This document shows, piece after piece, positions 12,328-30,680 of a stretch of DNA of 64,000 nt (positions are counted from its first letter, which is position 1; every line of letters begins with the position of its first letter). The stretch is from Octopus vulgaris (lineage: Eukaryota). Below the pieces are notes generated by a model. That model did no database searches. It was not told where the DNA came from and saw nothing but the letters and a program-made list of their open reading frames with translations. The DNA lies in assembly GCA_951406725.2 (NCBI GenBank), contig OX597837.1, positions 19,158,001 to 19,222,000 of the forward strand. The letters run 5' to 3'. The translations under genes and the position numbers were made by a program.

Positions 12328-12672
12328 GGCACAGGAGTGGCTCTGTGGTAAGTAACTTGCTTACCAACCACATGGTTCCGGATTTAGTCTCACTGCGTGG
12401 CACCTTGGGCAAGTGTCTTCTACTATAGCCTGTCTTACGGGGACGTGTCTTCTATTATAGCTATGTTACGGGGACGTGAACACACCAGCATCGGTTGTCA
12501 AGCGATGTTGGTGTGTTCACGACCCCGTAGCATAGCGGCTCGGCAAAAGAGACCGGTAGAATGAGTACTAGGCTTACAGACAATAAGTCCTAGGAGCGAT
12601 TTGTTCGACTAAAGGCGTTGCTCCAACATATCCGCAGTCAAATGACTGAAACAAAAACAAAATATAAAAGAA
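12328..12672 (+). mobile_element. Family A SINE with internal deletion, duplication and fold-back
   Basis: Normal head and tail; rearranged middle at 12412-12530. Confidence 0.88.
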
Positions 12673-12686
12673 TATATATTTGTATA

Positions 12687-13047
12687 GGCGTGGCTATGTG
12701 GTAATAAGTTTGCTTCCCAACCACTTGGTTCCGGGTTCAGTCCCACTGCGTGGCACCTTGGGTAAGCCTTGTGAATGGAAACTGAAAGAAGCCCGTTGCA
12801 TGTCTGTGTGTGCGCGCGCGCGCCCGTGTGGTTGCGTGTATGTGTGTGTTTGTGTCTGTCTTTGTACCCTTCACCGCTTGGCAACCGATGTTGGTGTGTT
12901 TACGTCCCTGTAAATTAACGGTTCTGTAAAAGAGCTCGATAGAATAAGTACCATGTTTTAAAATAAAATTAGTTGTGGGATCGATTTGTTCGACTAAAAC
13001 CCTTCAAGGCGGTGCCCCAGCATGGCCGCAGCCAAATTACTGAAACA
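12687..13047 (+). mobile_element. Family A SINE
   Basis: Head, central GT tract and tail match the family. Confidence 0.88.
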
Positions 13048-13342
13048 TAATTCGTCACTTTATTTAATTTTTTTTTTGCCCATTGTGGTTTTGTTATAAT
13101 TTTAATGATTTGTAGGGACACCGTATTTCGCTACGTAACCATTATATACACCCATTACGCATTTTTCGTCTTCGATCTCATTGTTGTTTGCATTAGGCGC
13201 ATACGGATACGACACGTCGTAACAAATTAGCGCTGGTAATGATATCTATAGAAAATCTGTGGAGATAACCTGAAGTTGTTATAATTTGTCCAGAATTAGG
13301 TGTCGAGGTTTGCAGCGAGACGTTTCACCAACACTGCTATCG

Positions 13343-13555
13343 TTATCTTTTATTGTTTACTTGTTTCAGGTATTAGATTACAGCCATTCTGGGGCCCATC
13401 TTGAAGGGTTTAGTCGAACAAATCAACTCCGTTACTCATTTTTTCTCGAAGTTTGGTGCTTGTTCTATCGGTCTTTTTTTTTGCCGAAAACGCTAAATTA
13501 TGGGACGTAAACAAACTAACACTGGTTGTCAAGTGGTGACAAACACACAAACACA

Positions 13556-13596
<41 letters not shown>

Positions 13597-13761
13597 TTAA
13601 GACGCGGTTCTATCAGTTTCTGCCTAGCAAATCCACTCTGAAGGCTTTGGTCAGCCTGAGACTATAGTTGACGAAACCTGTCTAAGGTGTCATGCAGTGG
13701 GACTGAACCCGAAACATGTGGTTAGGAAGTAAGCTTCTTACCACACTGCAATGCCTGCACC
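13343..13761 (-). mobile_element. Family A SINE, diverged
   Basis: Reverse-complement match along full length. Confidence 0.85.
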
Positions 13762-13766
13762 TATAT

Positions 13767-13972
13767 ACTCTTTACTCTTTTACTTGTTTCATTCATTTGA
13801 CTGTGGCCATGCTGGAGCACCGCCTTTAGTCGAACACATCGACCCCAGCACTTATTCTTTGTAAGCCCAGTGCTTATTCTATCGGTCTCTTTTGCCGAAC
13901 CGCTAAGTTACGGAGACGTAAACACACCAACATCGGTTGTCAAGCAATGTTGGGGGGACAAACACAGACACA

Positions 13973-14047
<75 letters not shown>

Positions 14048-14216
14048 GAATAGGACGGGCTTCTTTCAGTTTCTGTCTACCAAATCCACTCACAAAGCTC
14101 TGGTTGGCCCGAAGCTATAGTAGAAGACACTTGCCGAAGGTGCCACGCAGTGGCACTGAACCCGAAACCATGTAGTTCGTAGGCAAGCTACTTATCATAC
14201 AGCCACTCCTATGCCT
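13767..14216 (-). mobile_element. Family A SINE, full length
   Basis: Reverse-complement match including the AAGAGTAAAAGAGTA tail. Confidence 0.92.
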
Positions 14217-14235
14217 ATAACCACTTCCTCTAAAT

Positions 14236-14472
14236 CAGTGGTTCTCAACCGGGGGTCCATATAACATTTTGTTAAAATTTATGTGGAGGGAATTGGTTAT
14301 AATTTTACAATACACAAAATATTATAACACTTTTTCAATACAATTCCTAATAATTTTTAATTATAAAAATGTAATGGGACATTTTAAAGCCTCGACTGGC
14401 TACGGGGGTCCATCTGAGTAAACTAAGAATCAAAGGGGTCCATAGGTAAAAAAAAATGACTGACAAATACTG
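14236..14472. mobile_element. Old hAT/Charlie-type MITE
   Basis: Left TIR CAGTGGTTCTCAACC, decayed right TIR GACTGACAAATACTG (10/15), three GGGGTCCAT subterminal motifs, flanks CTCTAAAT/GTCTGAAC (5/8). Confidence 0.7.
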
Positions 14473-15323
14473 GTCTGAACAATTGTTTGATGTACAATAT
14501 TTGTTTTCTTCTTGTGTCTAGGGAAAGTCATTATGCCAATATTAACACATGCACTGGTTCAGATTAAACAGTCAATTAACTGGATATTTAACCAAGTGGC
14601 TAATAATAAAGGATTGGAATTGAAACTGTTAATAATATCGACATTCTCTCCCTAGACGCAACAAAATTTGTTTCAACACACGAATTCACATAAAGAATCT
14701 TGCAAACCAGATACAAAAACAAAATATTTGGTTTGTATTTCTTCGTATTCCTTCAACGTACTGATGCTTTGCTTACATATACTCCCAGAGTGCCCGACCA
14801 TTTCTTGAACGATAAAATTCCCGACGGAATCCTAGCGACACCGAAGTGAAATACAGAATACCTTGGGCATTTAAATTTGGTGGAACCCATCTCTTTCTGG
14901 GGTGGCGATATTCAATTTCCGTGAAGAAGGAGGAGTCGTCTTGGACAACTGTTTATTTACTGGCCCCGATAGGATAAGTCGGTCTCGGTGTGATTTGAAC
15001 TCAGGTAGTAGACAATTGGAAATAATACTACCATTCTATTCTGTCTTACCACTTTCAGTTCCATTTTAGTGGGAAAGAAGCTGAGGTTGTATTTCGGTTT
15101 CGATTTCTGGTTGAAAAACGCCACATTTCACTAAAGTGACGCTCTTTAATGCCTGAACGTCACACATTCTTATCGCCCCCTTCCCTGTTTCTTTTTTTCT
15201 CCTCTTCCTTCCCCTCTTACTGTCTCGACGTCTTCTTCATAACAGAATGAAATCAATATTGCGATTGACGGAGACAGAGGAGAAGGAGGTGGAGAAGGAG
15301 AATGGGAAGAGGGTGTGTTGATG

Positions 15324-17000
<1,677 letters not shown>

Positions 17001-17127
17001 ACAAACTCACACTTAACTCCAAGGCATAACTCCAAGGCTGGAGAATCACAACTGTATTAGGGTGGAATTGGATGTGCAAGAACCTATGGAAACACCTCTC
17101 TGCTGAGAGGAAAAAAAAAATATCTTA

Positions 17128-17332
17128 CGGGCAGCGAGCTGGCAGAATCGTTAGCACTCAGGGTAAACTGTTTAGTGGCATTTCGTCAGTCTTTATGTTC
17201 TGAGTTCAAATTCCGCTGAGGCCGAATTTGCCTTTCATTCTTCCGGGGGACGATAAAATAACTACCAGTTGAATACTAGGGTCTTTCTAATCAACTTAAT
17301 CCTTTCACCTTGTGCCAAAATTCGAAACCAAT
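17128..17332 (+). mobile_element. Family B SINE
   Basis: GGCAGCGAGCTGGCAGAATCGTTAGCAC head, B-box GAGTTCAAATTCC, Nin-like domain. Confidence 0.88.
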
Positions 17333-18139
17333 ATATCATTTTTATTTAAACTAATGCTTTGGTTTTAAGTCTTACAGCTTTGCTTCTTATGTGGAATTTT
17401 GAAGACTACGTAGCGCTGGTGCTTTCAGATTGGAATGTAAGCAAAGGGCTTGCAACACCCCGACGCAGTCATTGCCTTGTTATAACTAGCTGTCAAATCT
17501 TCATAAAAACCCAATAGTTAGCAAAACACAAACAATATAGCGCCTGGTTGTAGACACTGTTGTTGTTGGTCCTATTAGGAGCGTCAATAATACTTTATTG
17601 TAGTTTTCCTGAGACATAATAGTGGATGTAGTATGTTGTTGCCGGTGATCTCATTAATCGTAATAGCATTACCAGTTGTTTGTGTTAATGTTATCAGTGT
17701 TGTTGTAGTAGTTGTAGTTGTAGCTTTTTCTGTTAATTTTTATCAGTATTTATACTTATTATTGATGTCGATGTTATTGTTTAGTAGTTGTAGTAGTAGT
17801 GGTTCTCAGTGTTGTTATTGTTTATAGTTCTTTATTTTAGTAGTGGTCCTTGTTGTTGTTGTTGTTATTGTAGTAGTAGTTGTTGTTGTAGTATTAACGG
17901 TTGATGTAGTGATGCCGGTATCATAATGTAGACACTTTGTTGTACAACACTGACTATGTTCCAATTGGAAAAGATAACTGCTCAAGATGGCGGCAGTGGA
18001 GCAGTATTGGTTGACGAGCAGACGATAACAATGTCTCGTCATCATTGTTGTCGTTATTAAAGCTGAAATTACCCTCACACTTAGCCGCATATAAATACCC
18101 CACACACTCACACGCAGACATACACAGGCAGTTACATAT

Positions 18140-21060
<2,921 letters not shown>

Positions 21061-21329
21061 ATTTATCGCCTTTCATTATCTATATGTTCACAACTTTCTG
21101 TATTATTCGCACCTCCTTGGCTTCTCTCTCTCCCCACGTCCTTTCATAATTTTTTTCTTCATATAAATACTTTTATGAATTCGCCCCTCTCTCCTTCACT
21201 CAACCTTTCCTCTCCCACCTCATTGTTCTTCAAATTACTGCCATTATTTTTCTTATTTTCTTCATATTTCATCCCCGACCTCTGCACTAGTTTAGTATGT
21301 ATTGCTATGCTGCAGTTGTGGTTTGGCAG

Positions 21330-21775
21330 TCTTTAGAGCGTGGGGGCAAAATGACAGTATTTGCTCCAGGTATTTTATGTAATGAGTTCAAATCCCTTCC
21401 GGGTCTGTCAACTTTTCATATCTCATTGGTAGCTAATATAAAATACCACTCAATTAATGAAGGTGATTTAGTCAATTAATCTTGTCTAATTTGAAATTTC
21501 CGGCGTTTTACCTATGCAAGAAATTATTATTTCTTCGTTTACTAAGGCCACGAATTGGCAGAATGGTTAGCGCATCGATGATGTTCCGCCTTGAAGAATT
21601 TTTAGTCGAATTGAATCGGCCCCCAGTACTTATTTATTTTAAAGCCTAGTATTTGTCCTATCGGTTTGTTTTGCTGAACCGCTATGCTACGGGACTTAAA
21701 TACACCAACACCGGTTGTCAAGCGGTGGTGGTGGGAAAAACACCAACACAAAGACATACACATACACAGTCACAC
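21330..21775. mobile_element. Decayed family B fragments (+) followed by a family A 3' half (-)
   Basis: GAGTTCAAATCC B-box at ~21384; CCGGTTGTCAAGCG and GACCCCAGTACTTA-like family A motifs at 21590-21770. Confidence 0.65.
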
Positions 21776-22087
21776 GCACACCCACCCACACACCCACACG
21801 TATATCATATATATGTATATATGTATATATAAAACAATAATTCTAGGATGGAATTTATAAATATCTAATGCATCGCTACGCGCGTTTCCACAAACCACAT
21901 GACTTTAACACCAGAGTCCGTATCCTTGGGATTCTGATAGTATAGTCCGCAGTATCCGTGACCATCCGGTTGGTCATCATCATTGATTCATTTCAATAAA
22001 CGATACTGCATAGGTGGAGGAATCTCAGAGGGAGGTTTATCCTTTCTTGCTAGTATGAAGGCTAATAATTATAAATTCAATCTTAGA

Positions 22088-22160
<73 letters not shown>

Positions 22161-22460
22161 TTATCCTACATTATATCGGTATAGCCATGATGCACCCCAC
22201 CCCCAAAACTGGCTGACTAGTCAGCATCATTATACCGTAGCCGACATAATGAAACAGGAGCTTTATTTGCTTACCCTTAACGTTACTATAAACGAATTTA
22301 GGCCAGATTGGAGTAATCTCGAGTATAACCAGCCGAAATTGCAAAGATAATCTGGAACTCGACTGAGGAAAGAAAACTCCGAATGACCTTTCCTTGTTTT
22401 ATTTGTTTTCTCTGGATGTTTTGCGTTCTTGTCCCATTTTTGTATATATATATATGCATA

Positions 22461-22686
22461 AAGGGTGTCCCAAAAGTTACTGATGGGTTTCACTTTTTAA
22501 TAACTCCCTTAACTTTACAAATAAATGCATGAAATTTAGGTACAATATAAAGGATATAATGGAAATAAATATGCACAAGTCAAATTTTGCATCACCACTG
22601 CATCACATATGAAAAATGACATCGCTTAAATAGCAGCCATTTTCGGCTTCGCATGCCCGTGCTCTTTCCAGAGGTTGCACCATAAC
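22461..22686 (-). mobile_element. Tc1/mariner-superfamily (rosa-like) terminal fragment
   Basis: TA then AAGGGTGTCCCAAAAG TIR-like end; minus strand NLWK..ACEAENGCYLSDVIFHM* resembles a transposase C-terminus. Confidence 0.55.
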
Positions 22687-22925
22687 ACACACATATATAT
22701 ATATATACGCACACACACACATGCTCATCCCCCATATATATCTGTGAAATCTTTGGTACAGTTAGGTATATTTGCAAAAAGGAAAGAAAAAAAACTGACT
22801 TCACTGATAGTTCTAATCAATTTATCTTTTTGATAATATAATTTTACTGTTTGTTTTGTAAAAATTAAATTTTATGAAAAGTTAAATTGATTAGAACTAC
22901 CAGTGAAGTCATTCCTTTCCTCTTT

Positions 22926-23017
<92 letters not shown>

Positions 23018-23284
23018 ATGAAATTAATAATAATGCTGCATCCGTTCCACGTGACAAGTGGAATGATCAGTCACTAAAGTAAGGTGACGTTGGCCAGTAT
23101 CGAGAGAGCACGTGTAGGCTGTGTTAATAATCGTGTCTGTGTTGATATAGTAATTATACTGTGATGTTGAGAGGACGTTATAACGATCCTACCTTTTGAG
23201 GATAATAACACTGTTACGACTGCTGGATAGAAACATCCTATTGACGACTTCGGATTATAACAACCGTCATACAAAGACAGATAT

Positions 23285-23320
<36 letters not shown>

Positions 23321-23374
23321 GTGTGAGTGCCTTTTGGTGTGTTTTCCACTATCATCTGACAACCGATGAAAGTA

Positions 23375-23472
23375 GAAGCCGGCGGAATTTGAACTCATAA
23401 CGTAAACACGACCAAGATAACACAAAGCATTTTACCCGGCATGCTAACGATTCTGCCAACTCGCCGCCCTTA
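23375..23472 (-). mobile_element. Family B SINE head
   Basis: Reverse complement of GGCGGCGAGTTGGCAGAATCGTTAGC..GAGTTCAAATTCCGCC. Confidence 0.85.
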
Positions 23473-23689
23473 ATCATGCATATAATCATAAGTGTTTTCT
23501 GCTGTAATTTGAATATGAGTTTCTCATTTTCGCCTATGCATACAGACTTTATGATCACCGTGTATATTGTACAGGAATATATAACTTATGGTGGAATGAA
23601 ATTTACGACATTACGTCATATATATTTTAAATCCTAAAAGCATTAAAAATATATACAGTTAGAGAGAAACCTGTTTCCTACCAATAAAG

Positions 23690-23920
23690 TATCTTTTATC
23701 TCTTGCTTGTTCCATTCATTTGACAGCGGTCATGCTGGGGCATCTCCATGAACAACTTTTTTATTCGAATGAATCGACCCCAGTACTTATTTATTTTCTT
23801 AAACCTGGCAATTATTCTATCAGGATCTTTGCCGAACCGCTATGTTACAGGGAATTGGACTCACCAACATTGGTTGTCATGTAGCGGTGAGGGACAAACA
23901 TAGACACAAAGACACATACG
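23690..23920 (-). mobile_element. Family A SINE 3' half
   Basis: Matches the family tail. Confidence 0.8.
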
Positions 23921-23928
23921 TAGGTATG

Positions 23929-23985
<57 letters not shown>

Positions 23986-24664
23986 GAAGGAGTAAAGATA
24001 AGGGAGTAAAAATGTTCATAGAAATTGCCTAAGCGCGCATGTCCATACATGTACATGCTCCTATATACCAATCTTGAGAAATTCGCTAAATTCGGGTGTG
24101 TCTCCAAATTTGGTTGACTTAGTAGCGAAGACTGCGGAAAACATCTAACTCAAAAATATTTTAAAATTACAAATCGCAAAAAATTTTGCTACTTTCTCGA
24201 AGTTTTCGTTGAGCAACAGACCATTCCAACAAGAGTGAGAAAAAAATTCGACCGATTAAATATTTAAAGTTATCAGCGATTTGGCTGGTATTTCTAGTAG
24301 AAAATGCAGCAGCCAGGGGCTTCTTACTTGTCTCATAGTCCGAAGGAATGCTGTGATGCATCGATTTCGTGTTCTGATATATTGTTATTGTTGTGTTCTG
24401 GCTTATTGCTGTAGTGTTCCAATGCGTTCTTGAAATCGTTTAACTACAGGTCAGCTCTGTCCCATGCAGTTGAAACAGTCCCACCATTTTTCTAGGCAGC
24501 TTATCTAAGATTAATTTATGCAGCGTGTTCATAAAAGCGGGAACGGAATTTGCTGAAGAAGGGTGGGTAAACCCAACTCCAATTTTTTTTTACAAACTAG
24601 GTTGTTGTTTTCAGTCTGAATATCAAAACAAACACAAACACAACAATAATAATTATTATTTCAT

Positions 24665-24843
24665 TTATTGCTTCCCAGCCACATAGCTCCGAGCTCAGTC
24701 GCACTGCGTGACACCTAGGGCAAGTATCTTCTTCTATATCCTGGGGCCGACCAAAGCCTTGTGAGTGGATTTGGTATACGGAAACTGAAATAAGTCCGCC
24801 GTATATATATATATATATATATACGGCGGACTTATAGATGAAT

Positions 24844-24880
<37 letters not shown>

Positions 24881-25123
24881 ATGTGTGTGCGTGCGTGCGT
24901 GCGTACGTGTGTGTATGTGTGTGTATATTTGTGTCTGTGTTTGTCCCCTATCCCTGCTTGACAACCGGTGTTGATGTGCTCACGTCCCTGTAACCTAATG
25001 GTTCGACAAAAGGACCGATAGAATAAGTATTAGGCTTAAAAACGCCCTGGTGTCGATTTGCAAAATAAAATCCTTTCAAGACGGTGCTCTAGCATGACTG
25101 AAGGAAGTAAAAGAATAAAAGAA
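24665..25123 (+). mobile_element. Family A SINE
   Basis: CORE-like CCTAGGGCAAGTATCTT, central microsatellite, AAAAGAATAAAAGAAT tail. Confidence 0.85.
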
Positions 25124-25133
25124 TGCATATATA

Positions 25134-26150
25134 TTGGGTTGTCCGGAAAGTTCGTGCCGATTTTTTAAGGAAAGAAAAAGGTCAATAATTGCCATTCCAT
25201 TTTTAATCAACCAAAATATGAACCATTTTGTTGCACAATGCGTCTCCATCTTTCCTTTAAATTGAAAATACCCTCTTCCCAGAACTGAGGTGGTTTCATG
25301 GCAAAGAATTCATCAAGGTATCAAGGAATTGAAATTTTTACCATTAAGACTATTCTGCAGAGACCTGAATAAGTGGAAATCTGAAGGAGCAATAACTGGT
25401 GAATATGGAGGGTGGGGTAACACATCCCCGCCGAGCTGCAGTAATTTTTGTCTGGTTCCCAAAGAAACGTGTGGTCTTGCATTATCTTGTTGGAAAACAA
25501 CACCATTCCTGTTGGCCAATTTTGGACGTTTCTTTTGAATTGCTGCTTTTAACTCGTCCAGTTGTGTGCAGTATTTCTCAGAATTAATTGTCTGGTTATT
25601 TTGGAGAAACTCATAGCACAGAATTCCTTTCCAATCGCACCAGACACAAAGCAAGACTTTTTTAGAGATCGTTTTCTCTGTATTCTCTGTATTCGGTAGA
25701 TAATCCATTTCTCATAACCTGTCACAATTTGCTTTAAAAAAGGTGCGTTTTCATTCCGTTTATAAAGCGAATTACAGACTGAAATGCGATCCAAAAGGTT
25801 CTTCTCACTCAACTCATGTGGTATCCAAACATCATAGCGATTTGTGCACCCAAGCTTTACCAGGTGCTCACGAACGACGGATTTTGATAGGTTAAGGCTT
25901 TCTGCCAATTCTCGGGTTGTGCAATGTGGGTTATTCTCAATTAATGACTTGAGTTGGTCATCATCTATAGTGGATGGTCTGCATGATTGTTCTTTATCAA
26001 TAAAGCTACAATCTCCAGCTCGGAACCTTGCGAACCACTTCTGTACAGTTCTTTCGGATAAAAAAACAACACTGTAAACTGCGCATATTTCTCTGGTTGC
26101 TTGTGAGGCATTTTTCCCTTTACGGAAAAAGAAAAGCATCAAGTGCCGAA
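25134..26150 (-). mobile_element. Mariner (mellifera-like) element, internally deleted, left end missing
   Basis: HTH region FFFRKGKNASQATREIC, WIPHEL, IVTGYEKW (first D lost), FQQDNARPH, HPPYSPVIAPSDFHLF; TIR TA|TTGGGTTGTCCGGAAAGTTCGTGCCGATTTT. Confidence 0.93.
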
Positions 26151-27439
26151 ATGTTCTGGGTTCATTTCATTCGACTAAAAGTTCTTCAAGCCGGTGCCCC
26201 AGTCTGGGCGCGGTCAAGCGACTGAAAGAGATAAAAGATTAAAGATTTTGATAAATCCAATAATGGAAAAGTAATGTTTCGAATAAATCCAAAAATGCTT
26301 CTGCTCTCGTTAATTTTGGCGATTAAATTTTTCAGGAAAATGTTGAAAGCATTTTAATTACACAACCCCAAAATTGTAAGGGATGCGCTTGCACCCCGTA
26401 TACTCTCTGTTCTCGCGCTTATGGCAGTGTTGTCTTTCAAGTTTGTGATATGAGGTACAGTTAGCTGTTATTTCCCATGGGTTATATGAGGAATATCTAG
26501 CGGTTATTTCCCATCTCGTTTGTTGGTAGTGTTCTCGCTTTGCAGGGGTTGTGCAGTTCTAAATCAACGTTCGTTGACCGGACCAGTGTTCAAAGCCATT
26601 CCAACAATGACGAACACGTCTCTGTAATTTTAGGACCACACTGGGCAATGTGACCTTCCTGTTAAGAAGAGGTTGGTGTTGTTATCTGAAAGAGTTTGGT
26701 TGCTATTTCCAGCAGATTGAGGGACCGCGGTGAGGTGTCCCATATGTGTTGTAGAAGTGTCTGTGAGTGTATATTGTGTTTAGTGCGATGTGGGTTGTGT
26801 GTATGCATGTGTAAATGTGTGTGTTTATGTGTGTATGCGAGTAAACTATGTGTCGTATGTTTGTGTGTGCATGTGTGTGTATGTGTGTGTGTGAGCGTGC
26901 GTGTGTGCGTGTGTGTTTCTAAGCGTTTCTATGGACATACAATATTAGTCATTCATCTTCTTTTCTTCTTGTTTGCGCTTGTGCATACTCATGTATGTCT
27001 GTGCACGAGTGTATGTTTGTGTGGATGTGTGTAGGTGTGTAGGTGTAATTTGCGTAGATGTTTATGTGTGTGTATGTGTGCTTATATACTCAGTGTTTGT
27101 ATGTTTATAATATGTGTGTGTTTACAATGTGTGAGTGAGAGTGTATGAGTGCACGTGTGCAGTTCTAATATTTGCGTCTTAGATTATATAGACGTGTTTT
27201 TATGTCCACGTGTGCAATCCATATGTATGTGTACATGTGTGTGTGTGTGTTTGTGTTTTGTTTGTAATAAGTGCGTGTCTCTAATATTTGTATATGCACA
27301 TATGTGCCTGCTTCCAAGAGTCTGTGTGTGCGCGCACGAGTGTGTGTGTGTGTGCGCGCGCGTGTGTGTCTATACAAAGAGTAAACACGGCCATTTAAGT
27401 TTCCACAATGATTGCATGACATCATATAATTAATACTAA

Positions 27440-28150
27440 CCACACTGACTGTAGCAACCACAGCAGTATCAGCAGCATCAGTAGCATCGGCAGCAGCAGT
27501 ATCATCATCATCAGCAGCAACAACAATAGTGTAAACAACAACAGCAGCAGCAGCAGCAGCAAAAACAGAAACAACAGCAGCAACGACGGCAAAAATCCGA
27601 GCAGCAGCAACGACAAAAGCGTCGATCACAGCATAACAATAATAATATAAATAGGAATGACAATAACATCAGCGGCAGAAATAACAGTTATAGCAACAAC
27701 TGTGGGAATAACAACGCAACATTAGCAACATAAACAACAACAATAACAGTGAAGAAGGCGAAAATAGCAACAGTGATAACAACCACAAGAGCATCGATAG
27801 CGACATCTTAGAAACATAAATAGGAACAGCAACAAAAGCGATAGCAACAATAGCAACAGTAAAGAAGGTAAAAATAGGAGCAAAAGAAAAATAGCAACAG
27901 CGATAACAGCCACAAGAGCATCGATAATAATGTTAGCAACATAAGTAGGAACAACAATAGCAACATTAAGAATGTAAAAACAAGGGCAAAAATAGCAACA
28001 GCGATAATAACAGCCGCAAGAGCATCGATAACTATATTAACAACGTAAGTAGAAAGAACAACAGCAATAGCAACAATGAAAGTAATAATCACATTAAAAA
28101 CAATAGCAACAATAAGCATCAAGACTGACGATAATAGCAACATCAACAAG
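27440..28150. repeat. Degenerate CAG/CAA/TAG trinucleotide low-complexity tract with internal duplications
   Basis: Directly visible; CACAAGAGCATCGATA-type unit recurs three times. Confidence 0.8.
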
Positions 28151-28559
28151 GGTGCATGTACGTGGCCAGACAACTTGTTAGAAAGAGCAGTCAAATCTCA
28201 CTCAAGTAATACTCTAACCTCTTAAAAGAAATAATGCTGTTTTCAACATCCCATATAAATGTGGAGGTGGTTACGGTTGGATTCCAATGCAATAACATCA
28301 ACATAAGCATCTCCAACAACCAAATAAGAAGAAAATTGAACGAAAACAATTGCCATAAATGTAGTCTCTTTGCAATTGTATAATTGGTAGAAATAGCCAA
28401 ATTTGCTCAAATCACATCCTACAGTCTTAAAAGAGGAAGAAAATTCTAGTCAATGTAGTTCTAAATGGCCAAAAGGTCTGGAATCTGAAATTTGTTTGTA
28501 AATCCTAGGTGTGTTTGAACAAGGCTAGTTTGGGGTTAAACTACAAGAGCGACTGCAAG

Positions 28560-28576
28560 ACGAAGAAGAAGAATAG

Positions 28577-28607
<31 letters not shown>

Positions 28608-28748
28608 AACAACAACAACAACAACAACAGCAGCAGCAACAACAGCAGCAACAACAGCAGCAACAACAGCATCAGCAGCAACAAAAGCAACAGTAACAGT
28701 AACAACGACAACAACAACAACAATAGTACAAATAGTCGCAGCAACATG
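28560..28748. repeat. (CAA/CAG)n microsatellite
   Basis: Directly visible. Confidence 0.9.
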
Positions 28749-29359
28749 CATCAAAATGACAGAGTCGTTATAGCAGCGGCCAAAATGCCTTGCATTCTGA
28801 GTTCAAATTCCATCAAGTCAACTTTACCTTTCATCCGTCTAGGGCAATGCACCAGCAGAATGAGTAGCGAATCGGACGGGGGCGCCTCAACTCCCGACTC
28901 TTTGACTTCGGAGCTCAAATCTCACCTCGACTTATTTATGTGTTAGATTTAATCCATTGACCAGTTAAACGCTATCCCCGCCGCTGCCGCCACCACCACC
29001 GCCGCCGCCACTCGGTATTCGACGGCAAATGAAGGAATTCTCGAGCGCAGGGTAGCAGTGAAAACAGCTTAAAAATCCCTTTAAAAGACGGGAAAATGTG
29101 GCGAGCATTGATGACATATAATATGATAGGAAGACCATTTAATCTATTAGACCCCATCGGAACTCAATGAAGAATGCAGCCGCACGTAGGACCGAAGGAA
29201 TTACAGCTATGCTCACCTAAAATTCATCTTGTCACCCATGAACAAGGAAACTGAAGAAACGAAGGTATTTCTAGAGGCGTGTACTTGTCCCTGTGACAAA
29301 AAAGGTCGCCGCTGAATTTGGATCCAAGATACTCGGGTCATGGCGTCTTTTTTTTCTAC

Positions 29360-29632
29360 TTTTCTAATCTAGGCACAAGGCTCGACATTTTTTGGGGGAG
29401 GTGGGAGCAGTCGATTAGATCGACCCCAGTTCGCAACTGGTACTTAGTTTATCGATCCCGAAAGGATGAAAGGCAAAGTCGACCTCGGTGGAATTTGAAC
29501 TCAGAACGTAGCGGCAGACGAAATACCTATTTCTTTACTACCCACAAGGGGCTAAACACAGAGAGGACAAACAAAGACAGACAAACGGATTAAGTCGATT
29601 ATATCGACCCCAGTGCGTAACTGGTACTTAAT
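29360..29632 (-). mobile_element. Family B SINE composite, 3' portion
   Basis: Close match to 5270-5535. Confidence 0.88.
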
Positions 29633-29823
29633 TTAAAACGTTTATATTAATTTACCATTAGAATTCTTCAAGCGGTATAAAAATAGTTATTGTCTACATC
29701 ATTCGAAAGAGAAATAAATTCTGCATAAGGAGTAAAAGATAAAAATAATTTGTATGGTGTTAGTAACAAAATATTTTGTAAGAAATAGAACTTTTATCAT
29801 CGGTCTTAAATTTATTTTCGCCA

Positions 29824-29866
<43 letters not shown>

Positions 29867-29872
<6 letters not shown>

Positions 29873-30463
29873 GCGATGGGTATATTGTCACAATTTTTAA
29901 GTTTTAATTTCACGCATGCACATTGTTTTTGATTTTGCCGACTACACAGTATAGTAGGATCGGTTGGGCACAGTCTGTGAGGAAAAACACTACCATGACG
30001 CAATTCAGTCTGCCCGAAATTTGGAAACGACATGCTGTAGTGCTTGACATTCGCGTCGGAAGCTTTAATACAAACATTTCAGAGTGTCTGGAGGTCAATC
30101 TGAGGGCAGTGTAGAGGATTCGGAAAGAGTTGGATGAGTCTAATGGTGATTATGAAGGTGCGGTAGCTAGGAAAACTCACTCTGATCGTTCTGAGAAAAG
30201 AACTCTTGAATTTGTTGGTGAGATCCAGGCCATGATTGCCAACGATCCCTCCAAGTTAATCAGGTCCATCACCAGGGGCATGGGAGTGTCTGAGTTTCTT
30301 ATCAGGTAGGTAGTGCATGAAGACATTCGGTATTCCTCATACAAGATGAGAAAGGACTAATTTTTATTCCAAGAGATCAAAGACAAGGAAAGACCGTACT
30401 ACGAAGCTTTTGAACAAATTGAAGCATCTCCTCCAACCGAACATGCTTTAGTTTTTCTCAGAC
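29867..30463 (+). mobile_element. maT (DD37D-like) transposon 5' half
   Basis: TA-flanked (C/T)AGGGTGCGATGGG end; from ATG 29995 MTQFSLPEIWKRHAV..KRTLEFVGEIQAMIANDPSKLIRS..VVHEDIRYSSYKMRK..FFSD, truncated at the first catalytic D. Confidence 0.8.
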
Positions 30464-30629
30464 CGTTAGACCAGAACGAGAGGAAATTAGTGAACGCTGG
30501 CAGAAACATTTTGTTTTTGAAAAGAGAAAAGATAGAAGAGAGAGTGTAAAACACGTCTGTTCTTTTAAACGTTCGTGCAAGAAAACAAAGATGATCACGT
30601 GAGGAAAAGAAAGATGGTCACGTGTGAGC

Positions 30630-30680
<51 letters not shown>

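Noticed and set aside
12328-12400. tRNA genes
   Set aside because: The A/B boxes belong to SINE heads; no cloverleaf, and SINE bodies follow.
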